NCBI RefSeq assembly: GCF_001194135.2
Contig: NC_068983.1
Span: 73,065,967-73,129,966, forward strand
DNA: 64,000 bases
Direction: 5' to 3'
DNA from: Octopus bimaculoides
Lineage: Eukaryota
Shown: positions 53,601 through 64,000 of the stretch, piece by piece
Layout of the letters: every line of letters starts with the position of its first letter
How positions within the stretch are numbered: the stretch's first letter is position 1
Translations under genes and position numbers: made by a program
The notes under the pieces: model-generated
Databases searched by the model: none
Told to the model about the DNA's origin: nothing
Seen by the model: the letters and a program-made list of their open reading frames with translations, nothing else

Positions 53601-54354
53601 ACCAGCGCAGTCATCTCTCTTCAACTTTCTTTTCCTGGATGTTCCACAAAGTCAAGAGTGAGCAGACCAAGAGGGTGCATATATATATAAACGCAATTAC
53701 ATAGCTACCTAAAACAATTAGCGAAAGCATAGTACACACTACACTACCATCATCATCCTCATCATCATCTAACGTCCATTGTCCATGCTGGCATGAGTTG
53801 GACGGTTTGACCAGGGCTGGAAAGCTGAGGAGCTGCATCTGACTCAAAAATCATAATTGATAGTGAGTGATAGCTATAGTTTCAGTTAGTTTACACACAC
53901 ACACACACACACAAGTACACATACACACACATATGCTGCAGTTAGTTTACTAGTGTTGAAATTACTGTTAATGCTGTCGTTCTTGTTGTAGTAGCAGTAG
54001 TCTAAACGATAGTTGATCTTGTGGTGATGTTTTTGTTATATCAACATTCTAAAACTTGAAACAAATTGTTTTCTAACTTGTATATAAAATAGGTATGTCA
54101 ACTGAAACTGTTTAACTGTTTGTATTGTCATTTCCGTCCAAATTATCAGTTTTCTGCACAAAGTCTGTTAAGTGCACTTGGCATTCCAATCTAAACAGAG
54201 TTCAATCCCCTCCTTTCTCTCTCACTCTCTCTCTCTTTCTGACTATTGTTCTCCTGTTTTCTTCTTCTTTCCCAGTTTTTGCTAATCTCCATGAGTTTGT
54301 ATAAGTCTTCCACAAGAACGTTAATGCCTGCCCTTGCCCCACTCCTTCTCTTCC

Positions 54355-54760
54355 TTGTCATCATCATAATCAACAGTCGCAGCTGCAGCTGCCATAGCTG
54401 TAACAGCAACAGCAACAGCAGCATGTTTGTCATGGTGGTTGTTGTTGTTGTTGTTGTTGTTGATGCTATTATTATCATCATCATCATTATCCCAATTTTC
54501 ATTACCGCTATCACCAGAGATATCATCACCATCTTTGCTATCATCATCATCACCACCACCACCACCACCACCACCATAACCACCACCACCACCACCACCA
54601 TATCATCACCTCCACCACTACCGCTACCATCACTTCCACCTTCATCGCCGCCGCCGCCACCACCACCACCACCACTGCCACCACTACCGCTGCCACCACT
54701 TCCACCATCATCGCTGCCACTATATCACCACCACCATCATTATCATCGTCATCATCATGT
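54355..54760. repeat. Compound trinucleotide microsatellite mosaic (CAT, CAG, AAC, GTT, CAC, CCG, CCA)
   Basis: Directly visible. It explains the poly-T/P/H/V ORFs on both strands. Confidence 0.9.
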
Positions 54761-54899
54761 CCTACACAAACACTCACATATGACAAACTAATTATTTCAC
54801 ACCCTGAAATTGGAAGATGAACTATTAAATACCAGAATTTTTTGTTTGACTGTTGCAAGTACGGCTGTATCATTAAGAAGTTTACATTGCAACCTTGTG

Positions 54900-55190
54900 A
54901 TTTCCAGTTCAAAAACATGCTTTTAGCCATTAAGGTAAGAAAGATGTTCAAAGTATTGAAGAAGGCTGTTGTTAATGGCAGTCTTCATCACATTTGATCT
55001 CTGTTGGAAGAGGGTGTGATGGGACAATGGCTGGTTGGGTTAGACGCATTGCTCTTCTTCAGAAAAGAATTATCATGTGAACCCTTGAATACTGACAGTT
55101 TTTTCATCGTTGCCGATAATTATATTGGTATCTGTAAAGACATATGAAGCAAGATGCATCAACGGTTCAGCAAAACATTTGCTCGAGCAT
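54900..55190 (-). mobile_element. LINE (CR1/L2 group) reverse-transcriptase relic
   Basis: The minus strand reads ..PNQPLSH..SNVMKTAINNSLLQYFEHLSYLNG*KHVF, resembling the NYRPISL..SKVMETIINxxLLxYLExNxLL..QYGF block. Confidence 0.55.
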
Positions 55191-55771
55191 AGATTTCAAA
55201 CTAAGGCAGAAAGCCACTCCTTTTGAGAGAAATCTATAATCAGCTTAACTGTCTGAATACAGAAAGTTGTAATAAATGCACAAAATTTTATTTCCGTTAA
55301 CTGCAGAAAACAGTTTTACCTCATGGCTTTGTAAAAACCTCCCTCGCCTTAAGCTACTAGAAGAGAAGAAGCTCCCAGTGGCACTTTACAGATTTTCTTA
55401 ATCATTTTCACATATTTCATCAAATATCTCTTTACAGAGCAAATATCCAATACTTTTAGTGGTGGCTATGAAAACCATACCTACAGAAGATATTGAAAAA
55501 GTATTGCAGAAGCAGAAAATATAAATTCTACTTTTTGGTGAATAATTAACATCATTGTAGGAATGACCATGAAATTTAATTACACTGTCAAAGCTTTCAT
55601 GGACCTTGGTATTTAACAAGTTCTTATTTTACCAAACCCAGAAGGACAAACGTCTACTTCAACCCTGAAAGTATTTGAAAACAAAACATAAAGGGATATA
55701 GCTAAATACTGCTAGGTATTTTGTCCAACACTTTACTAATTCTGACAATCCATTGCCCTTCTTTAAGTATA

Positions 55772-55925
55772 TGAGGGGGTGCTGAAAAGTCCCTGGCTTT
55801 GGGTAAAAGAAAATACAAGAGGATCGGTTAATTATGATTTTATTCAACATATTCCCATGTCATTTACACACTGATTGCAGTGGTCCTTCAATTTTTCGAA
55901 GCCATGTAAAAGAACTTGGAAAGAT
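55772..55925. mobile_element. Truncated copy of the same mariner MITE, opposite orientation
   Basis: Starts TA-tgagggggtgctgaaaagtccctggctttgggtaaaagaaaatacaagagga, the reverse complement of the right half of 52047-52262. Confidence 0.75.
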
Positions 55926-56205
55926 GAGTCTCTAGTTCAGTGATTCTCTATTAAGATGCTTGGCAACGATATCAAGTATTCATCTTGACAGAAATAAATC
56001 ACATGCTACCATCTTTAAAAAAATTAGAAAGAGACGCTGCATAAAGTGATCTTAGATACACTATGCCTGAAATTAAGACAGGATGGTCAAGAAAGGGACA
56101 CCTTTAATCACAGATATAGTTCAGAGTTCATTGGGGCTGGATAACATTGATGTTAGTCTAGCCAACAGAGAAGCTTCTAAGTAGTCAACTGATTTGTTTG
56201 GAGGA

Positions 56206-57447
56206 CAGGTTGCGGACAGTATTTGTTTGCAATTTTCAACTGCTAATTTTACACATATTTTTTTACTTTTATGTTGGTCTTTTTCTTCTTAAAAGCAATA
56301 ACTTTTGCTTTATTTTTTTTTAAATTTTTTTTTTTTTTTTTTGAAGAATAATTGACTAAAGAAAATTTTGATCCTCCCAATTTGTGGAAGAAGCATGGAG
56401 TCCTCCTTGGAATCTGCCCTGGAAGGACAAACAAGATTTCAGACTTCCTCAACATCAACAGAAGGCTGGTGGAAAAGATCAGAAAGGAGCTGGAAGATTC
56501 AGGATTTGACTACAAGGGAAGAGCAGAGAAGAAAATCCATGATTAACAATCTGATAACCATCAGAACACTGGAATTTATAACTGAAATCCAGATCATCAA
56601 CAATGATTCCAGCATGGGAGAAAGGTGTGAATGAAAAGCTCACAAGACTGGTAATGCATGAGAACATTTGCTACTTTTCATACAAGACGAGGAAAGGACA
56701 ATTTCTGTCCAAGATGAAGCAGGAAAAGTGCTCAAGCACACCAAAAAGCTGATCAACAAGCTTAAACAGCTACTGGAGCCAGGTATGCTGTGGTGCTTCT
56801 CCAAGAAGAATTTCTGCCAAGACCAGAAGATCAAATCCCAGAACAACAAGTAGCTCACTGTCTCACCCAAGGATGTGCCCAGAGTCATGCAGATGAAATT
56901 TCCAGCAACAATCATAGTATTCAGTGTCTTTTGCTACCCCACCTCTTCCCTGATAGCCTCTTGCCGAACACCAACGGCTACATCCATGTTCTGGGCAAGG
57001 TGATGAAACCCTGGATCGACTGAGTAGCGGCAAAATTCTGGCCCTGCCACACCAGCCAGAAGTGGCTGTCAGAAAATTTCTTCAATCACACAGCACCTGA
57101 CATTTGGCATCTCAACTCGCCTGACTGCAAACATCTCGATTTCTTTGTATGGGTCGTGGTGGAATGAGAGACCATCAAATCCAGGTGCTAACACGAAGGA
57201 CGAGCAGAGGGCCAGGATTACCAGGGCCTTCAGGAGTCTAAAACGTGAGACAATGACGAGAGCCTATGGGCGGTTTCGAGGTCACCTGCTGGCTGTCATC
57301 GAAACCAAAGGCAGGTTCATCGAGAGAGATTGACAGAACATGTCACGAAGACAAACTGACCCAAATATGATGAGTATACTCAAAAAATACAAATGATTTT
57401 ATTTTTTCCTGAGACAGACATCATGCGAACGAATACCGTCCGCCCGG
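56206..57447 (+). mobile_element. Degraded Tc1/mariner DD37D (maT-like) transposon
   Basis: Frameshifted transposase segments: KLINKLKQLLEPGMLWCFSKKNFCQDQKIKSQNNK, SPKDVPRVMQMKFPATIIVFSV, NSPDCKHLDFFVW, and C-terminal AYGRFRGHLLAVIETKGRFIE. TIR-like ends gcggacagtatttgtttgca (56212) and tgcgaacgaataccgtccgc (57424), with TA after the right end. Confidence 0.85.
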
Positions 57448-58239
57448 TATTCGTTCGCATGATGACTGTTTAGTATGGCAAATCTCCGTTTCTATTCTAC
57501 GTCTACCCTATTTAATAAAAAGAAGGGTATGTTGCATAATATAGTATTAGATACACTGCACCGGAAAAAAAAAATTGAAAAAACATGAAGGTCCTGGCTA
57601 GAACACCTTACACTATAGTTTTTATCGATAAGGGCTGACATGAGATTAAACATCAACACTCGTAGCCGGATTTGGCACAAAAAAGAAAAGTTAACTTTAA
57701 AAACGAAAAAGTTAATTCTTTTCTCACAAAATGAATAAACTGATATGAAAGTGAAGTCGAAGCAGGAAATTATAAATCTGATATTTCTCAGAGCAATAAT
57801 TTTCTGTGTAGGATCATAAAAATAGAGAGAGGGATACGCTGTTAATAGATAAAACCGGATCACAACCAACTGAATAAATTTAGTTAACCTCTTAAAAATT
57901 GTTTCCGGGAAAAGCGATCTGAACTCTAGAAGTCTACATTTATTTATTTAATTATTTTTACAAAATAATTCGGTGAGGCGGAAGAAATATACTGGATTCT
58001 TATAATAAAGACAACCAACTCTTTAAATATATAATAGTTAATATTTCCTAAATGAAATCAAAACAAGACGAGATCGTGTGCTCACACTTATTACTAGTTG
58101 TACGTATACACTTTAACAGGATTATAAGTTGTCTCTCTTGTTTCTTTCAGTTGGTTCAAGGGAAATAACAATCTCAGAGGTGTGTGTGTGTGTGTGTGCG
58201 TGCGCGCGTGCCTGTTGGGAACGATTGGTCAGCAGACCA

Positions 58240-58370
58240 ATCGTGATGATGATGATTTCGCCAACGACGACGACGTTGGTGATGGTGATGGCGGCGGCGG
58301 TGACGGTGGTGGTGGCGGCGGCGGCGGTGACGGTGGTGGTGGCGGCGGCGGCGGTGGTGGCGGTGAAAAA
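58240..58370. repeat. (GAT)/(GAC)/(GGT)/(GGC) microsatellite mosaic
   Basis: Directly visible. Confidence 0.9.
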
Positions 58371-58373
58371 AAA

Positions 58374-58743
58374 AGTTGTAGGATGTCCAGACCTTGAGTC
58401 ATTTTCCAGACTCTCCTTTCCGCTCCTAAATTCAGCTTCCCACTTTCGGACTGTTGATAAAAGCTGGAGCATCATTCCCAAATGTAGTGACCACATCAGC
58501 ACATATGTCCTTGGGGGCTAAAGCTCGTTTACTGCAGGTACTTGATAACACAGCAATGCCATATTTTGTTCATTTTTAAGAAAAGTCGTTTCTAGTTACA
58601 TTTGAAGTCTTCTTTGAACAGTCAGTTTACCTGGAAAGAAACAATGCAGTTATTAATAAGGGTTGAAATTAATTCATGCAACATTTCACAGTTCTAACAT
58701 CATTCCTTCATAGTTCGCCTATGAACTTTTCAGCCTACCCTTA
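58374..58743 (-). mobile_element. Mariner 5' fragment (TIR plus transposase N-terminus)
   Basis: The minus strand encodes STVRKWEAEFRSGKESLENDSRSGHPTT (mariner HTH, ..SGRP motif), with an MNKIWH..VIKYL start region and a TIR-like gggtaggctgaaaagttcataggc. Confidence 0.85.
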
Positions 58744-58783
58744 TGAGTGTGTGCATGTGCGCACGCGCGTGTGTGTAAATATA

Positions 58784-59048
58784 TATATATAAATTTAGTG
58801 AATGGAGTAAAACGCATATGTTAACTGCATACTTTTATTTCCAACATATGTTTCGAAGATTACAAATTAAACCTTCCATAGGAATCGGTGATGTTAAAAA
58901 TGTAATGCATTTCCCTGAAGAGAAGATTACATTTTTAACATCACGGATTCCTATGGAAGGTATAATTTGTAATCTTCGAAACATATGTTGGAAATAAAAG
59001 TATGCAGTTAACATATGCGTTTTACTCCATTCACTAAATTTATATATA
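58784..59048. repeat. Near-perfect long palindrome (probable young foldback MITE)
   Basis: 123-bp arms (58784-58906 and 58926-59048) with 2 mismatches and a 19-nt spacer, set in (TA)n flanks. Confidence 0.9.
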
Positions 59049-59679
59049 CTCAAGTACCCAAAATAACAAGGAATTTCTACCTCATAAACAGGAGTTACAC
59101 CACAGTCATTTTGTGATCTTTGCTACCCTGGTATCTATTAACCAATTTATTTTGTCCAAGTTATTTATTAATTAGGAGAAAATAAATACATATANNNNNN
59201 NNNNNNNNNNNNNNNNNNNNNNNNNNNNNNNNNNNNNNNNNNNNNNNNNNNNNNNNNNNNNNNNNNNNNNNNNNNNNNNNNNNNNNNNNNNNNNNNNNNN
59301 NNNNNNNNNNNNNNNNNNNNNNNNNNNNNNNNNNNNNNNNNNNNNNNNNNNNNNNNNNNNNNNNNNNNNNNNNNNNNNNNNNNNNNNNNNNNNNNNNNNN
59401 NNNNNNNNNNNNNNNNNNNNNNNNNNNNNNNNNNNNNNNNNNNNNNNNNNNNNNNNNNNNNNNNNNNNNNNNNNNNNNNNNNNNNNNNNNNNNNNNNNNN
59501 NNNNNNNNNNNNNNNNNNNNNNNNNNNNNNNNNNNNNNNNNNNNNNNNNNNNNAGAACTAGAAAAAAGTTATTAAACAAATTAGGCAATTAAAAAAGAGC
59601 TGCAAAGTTTTGTTGTATTTTGGTTAGATTAATCTATTTAATAAAACTGTTTTCCATTTTTTTTTTTTTTCATTTTCAT

Positions 59680-59900
59680 GATCTGGAAGAATAAGCTGTG
59701 CCATGCACTTTGCAGAACTTCTGGGATCTGTGAGATCAATGAGGTTAATATTCTTTTCCATCAACTGAAACTTGACAGCCACAAAAAAAGCCATGGGAAA
59801 GGAAGGAATTCCAGAGAACCTATGTTCCAGGGAAGATGACTTTGGGATAGGAATTTGAGACAAGCCTGTAGGGGTGGACATAATATATGTGATGAAAGGA
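59680..59900 (+). mobile_element. RTE ORF2 C-terminal relic
   Basis: RTSGICEINEVNILFHQLKLDSH ... MGKEGIP resembles RAG..SIEA.IL..QLRWAGHV.RM...RIP. Confidence 0.4.
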
Positions 59901-60414
59901 AGTGAGAAGCAAGAATTAGGTAGGTCCAAGATCATTTAAAAATCTTTAATTTATCTAAAATCTGGCCAGAATTTTAGTGCTGATATTTGAAATCAGAAAC
60001 AGAATTAATTATGTAATCTAATTAGGTTGTACCAAATGCTATTATGTCATTATTCATTAATTTTTTTCTTGGGTAGCAGCTTAATTTGCAACCCACTTAA
60101 TACCACCACTTAGCTCCAAGGGCCTTCAAGAGAGTTCACTCTGTAGGTATTTGAGCTTGATGTCTAGCCTGATGATAACAGCTTCTCATAAGCCTTTGAC
60201 TATAGTAGAGGACACTTGCCCAAGGTGCCATGCAGTGTGACTAAACCTAAAACCATGTGGTTGGGAAGCAAGCTTCTTACTACACAACCACATTTGTGCC
60301 TAAGTTTAATACATTAAGGTAGTGAGCATTACTCTTTTTTCTCTGATTATGACATAAAAAAGGGGGATGCACAGCAATAGTGAATACATTATGCACAGCA
60401 ACAGGTGTCTTTTA

Positions 60415-60785
60415 CCTTTTACTTGTTTCAGTCATTAGACCATGGCCATGCTGGAGCACCACTTTGAAGAGTTTTAAGTCAAACGAATTGCCCCTGTACT
60501 TTTTTTAAGGCTTGTACTTATTCTATCGGTTTCTTTTACCAAATTGCTAAGTTACATGGATGTAAGTGCACCAACACCGGTTGTCAAGCAGTGGGGTGGA
60601 CGGACAAAAACACACAGACACACGACAGGCTTTTTTCAATTTCCATCTACCAAATCCACTCACAAGGCTTTGGTCAGTCCAAGACTATAGTAGAGGACAC
60701 TTGCCCAAGGTGCCATGCAGTGTGACTAAACCTAGAACCAAGTGGTTGGGAAGCAAGCTTTTTACTACACAGCCACACTTCTGCC
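60415..60785 (-). mobile_element. SINE family A copy
   Basis: ttttacttgtttcagtcattagacc...ccactcacaaggctttggtc...gacacttgcccaaggtgccatgcag. Confidence 0.8.
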
Positions 60786-61544
60786 TAAGTTAATACATCA
60801 AATATTTTGAAATACTAAAGGAAAACACTTTCAAACGTTGCAATTATAGATTTGATAGGAAATCATTATTTACCACAAAATGCCATTGTTCTTCTTTGTT
60901 AAATTCCATTGTATCTGTGCATTTGAATAGTCAAGGACAACAATTTACTCTAAAGAGAGAAGATAATGGAAAGATTTACCTTTCAACACAAGGTGTATAT
61001 TTAAATAATGACTGGTGCATTTCATTTAGTTAAGAATAAGTTTGCTTTGATAGCCTTTCTTTCTTATCTGGTATGGCATTGAGATACTTTGAAAACTGTA
61101 ATTATAATTTAGAGGACATTTCATTCAATTTTTTTGAAATAACCATTTTTTTTTACCTTACCAGTGCTCTCTCTCTCTCTCTTCAATTTCTGTGGGTTTA
61201 GTTGATTGTCAAGGAACAAATACTGAATGATGGTCTGAAGCAAGATGGAAGAAAATGAAGTTTCAAGAATAATGTTGACCCCTATGTCTGAAGAAAAACA
61301 TATCACAATAAAGAAAACCAAATGTTAAGTCATGCAGATATTAAAACCATGTGATAATTCAGAGAACCATGCAGACTAGTAGTTTTTGAAATGCAGTTAT
61401 TACAGTCTATACTAGAGATATCATTACAAGATAAACATAGAAACACTTCCACAATATAAGTTCTTCACATAACATACAACATTACCAAAGTGATAAAAAG
61501 AAGAGACTGAAATGGTTCAGCCATGCAATAAGACACCCAATCAT

Positions 61545-61750
61545 GCGTCTAGGACATTCACTCCTCATGGACAATAACCCCACAAGGACAATTACCCCTG
61601 AGGACAACAGATGATGATTTAAAACTTCTTAATATATTACAGAGGGGGAAATTAACCAAGGCAGGGATTGTCCTGAGGGTAGTTGTCATCAGGGGGAATT
61701 GTCCTATGGGGGGTAATTGTCTTGAGGGGGTGGATGTTGTCCTGATACGC
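61545..61750. mobile_element. Mutator(MuDR)-like MITE with subterminal repeats
   Basis: Perfect 8-bp TSD ccaatcat (61537-61544 and 61751-61758). Ends gcgtctaggaca / tgtcctgatacgc. Repeated ggacaat(t)acccc units on the left and inverted ggggtaattgtc units on the right. Confidence 0.7.
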
Positions 61751-62054
61751 CCAATCATTAAATAGCATTGTGATGCAGGACTTATAAGAGAGGGGTTCAG
61801 CTGGTATGTTAGTTTAAGGCCCGAAGAGCCAAAGGATGGCACATGAATATGTGACAGGTGTCTCCCTGAAAAAAATGTAATTTCTGAGGATCTCCACTCT
61901 ACTTATTGTGGAAGTCTTCCTAGCCGTCCACAATGACTTTCCAAACACTAGACCATGTAATAGATTCACCTCTCAGTTCCAACATATATATATATATATA
62001 TACACATACATGCATGCATGCATACATGCATACATACATATACCCATTTGAGTG

Positions 62055-62390
62055 AAGATGCATGGCTCAGTGGTTAGAGTGTTGGGCTTACGGGGTAGTG
62101 AATTTGATTCCCAGACTAGGATGTGTGTTGTGTTCTTGAGCAAGCCACTTTATTTCACATTACTCCAGTTCACTCAGCTATAGAAATGAGTTGCAATGTC
62201 ACTAGTGCTAAGCTGTATCGGCCTTTGACTTTCCCTATTGGTGGCATGAAAAGGGCAGGCTGTTACACATGAGCGACTGCTGGTCTTCCATAAACAAATT
62301 TGACTGGATTTGTGCCTTGGAGGAGAACTTTCTCGGTGCAATCCCATGGTCATTTCTGAAGACTGAAGGAGGGGGGCCTTTACTCTTTAC
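62055..62390 (+). mobile_element. SINE family F-related copy
   Basis: gtgaagatgcatggctcagtggttagagtgttggg...gtgttcttgagcaagccactttatttcac. Confidence 0.75.
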
Positions 62391-62481
62391 CTATGTATGT
62401 ATCATACTTAATATAAATACATCATGATAGGCAAATTTATCTGGAGATAACATCACTTATGGATGTGCTCTATTTAAAAAC

Positions 62482-62528
<47 letters not shown>

Positions 62529-63569
62529 AAAGGAGATGAAAATCATACCAGAAACTGCAGCAAGAGAGAATGCTAGATGCATTTCTGCTTCATTGGGCAC
62601 TTTTGATAGTGAGTACTCACAACCAGCATGCTTAGAAGAAAATTGTCACCACCATTTTAAAGGAAAACAACTAGTTGTGTTTCAAATAGCTGTGTTTCAA
62701 CTAGTTGTGTTTCAAAGATCCATTATGTGCAACATAAGCAGAATTAGACTAAAACAGTTATTTATGTACCATACTTTATGTAAATACATTCTGATAGTCA
62801 AACTTATTGCAGTATTCATTTGGAGATATCTGTTTTGGATATGTTTAAATATATGCAATTGAAAATTCCCAACAAGACAGAAATGTATCTAGCATTCTCA
62901 CTTGCCTGGTGGGATGATTTTCAGATTCAATTCAAACTCCATATGTTTTACTTTTCTTCTCATCTTCATTCACTTTCATTTATCATATATGTTCTCTCTC
63001 TCAATATTTAATCTCTCTTTCTTTTTATCACCCCCCCCCCTTTCCTCCTCTTATGATTTTAATTTCTTTAGTGACAACTAGCAGTTATGAACACCCTTTT
63101 TCTATCACTATGTATATCTCTCTCTCTCCTTGTCCCTCTTTCTAACTTCTTTTCTCTCTCTCTCCCCACTTCTCTCTCTCTCCCTTCTCCCCCCCTCTCT
63201 CTCTCTCAACACTTACTGCTTCTCATAAAATTTGGCCATTGTCTTTGGACTTTCTACATCAAAGGTTATTTCATTTTCAAAAAAATGTGAATCACAAAAC
63301 ACTGTTTTTGTTTTACATTTCCCTATTTATGTCAACCAATTCCTTTATCATCTTACATTGCTTGAAATCACATTTTATAATCTCTCTTTAACTTATTACC
63401 ACAGGTCAGTATTAGATAGTAATAATTTCATTCTAGAACATCAACATTTGTGTAATTTCTTGACTGGTCTTTTTACTTTACATTTTTTTTTATAAAAATC
63501 TTTTTTTCATTCCTGGTATAAGAGGAAAAGAAGGATCTTTTAAACAATTCATTTCCATCAATAATGGTG

Positions 63570-63760
63570 TGAAAAAAAGTGCCCTACCTACAACACCTGC
63601 GACCAAATGCAAGTGTGCTCTGAGAGCAACTGAAACAAATTAACTGTGTCAACAGAGACCTCACGCTAACATTACCAAGAATGCAGCTCACAGAAAACTT
63701 GAGATTGATAGTAGAAGTGGCACTCGCCATAGATAGAAGGCTGTCCATGGATAACTGGAA
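63570..63760 (+). mobile_element. Possible RTE C-terminal relic
   Basis: KCKCALRATETN ... DSRSG..KAVHG resembles the RYKDQCKR.L...DR..WR.AV tail. Confidence 0.3.
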
Positions 63761-64000
63761 ATGCCTGATGAATGACAAGCTTACCTTCATCTGATCACTG
63801 TCAGACAGACTGCACATAGATACCATGAAACCTGGAACTGTACCAGGCCAGCCTCTGCTTTCTTGCTCAAAGAGTTTCCAAGTTCAATCCTGCTGTGTGG
63901 TACTTTGAGGGAGTGTCATCTGGCGTAGCCTTGGATTGAACCAATACCTTCCGAGAAAACATTTAGTAGATGGAAAATCTGCTAAACCCATTATATATAT

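Noticed and set aside
55398-55654. Two phase-compatible minus-strand exon candidates (VEVDVCPSGFG / MVFIATTKSIGYLLCKEIFDEICEND*)
   Set aside because: The first lies within a decayed family C SINE (tccttctgggtttggtaaaataag.. corresponds to catcctttcggggtcgataaaataag). The peptide is unrecognisable.
8124-59588. Long ORFs in the track rich in YI/CV/X, poly-V/T/P/G or RE
   Set aside because: They arise from microsatellites and N-gaps, which lack stop codons.
61162-61287. 126-nt minus-strand open exon candidate with good splice sites (IGVNIILETSF...RERESTG)
   Set aside because: It includes a (GA)n microsatellite, shows no recognisable homology and has no compatible neighbouring exon. Left as unsupported.

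Overview
AT-rich, repeat-dense animal DNA. The tRNA-derived SINE families, RTE 3' ends and dense microsatellites point to Octopus (inferred). About a dozen N-gaps indicate a fragmented short-read assembly. The only host gene I can name is Arp3 (ACTR3). Its 44-nt first coding exon (MSGRLPAVVIDNGTG + GT donor) is at 42826-42869 on the minus strand, and I found no further Arp3 exon in the 42.8 kb to its left, so most of the window is probably one very large first intron. About 240 bp away on the plus strand is a candidate first exon of an unidentified gene (MGQPQSGGINEHNQPLVRIP), within a CpG-rich stretch that looks like a bidirectional promoter. The rest is SINEs, RTE/L2-like/Penelope relics, Tc1/mariner relics, MITEs (hAT, piggyBac-like, Mutator-like, mariner) and microsatellites. 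Nearly all ORFs in the supplied track are spurious. I found no convincing novel multi-gene system. The best second-look items are the head-to-head promoter with its unknown partner, several long inverted repeats (possible dsRNA/ADAR substrates), a TIR-TIR hairpin, and a position-dependent CpG-decay pattern.
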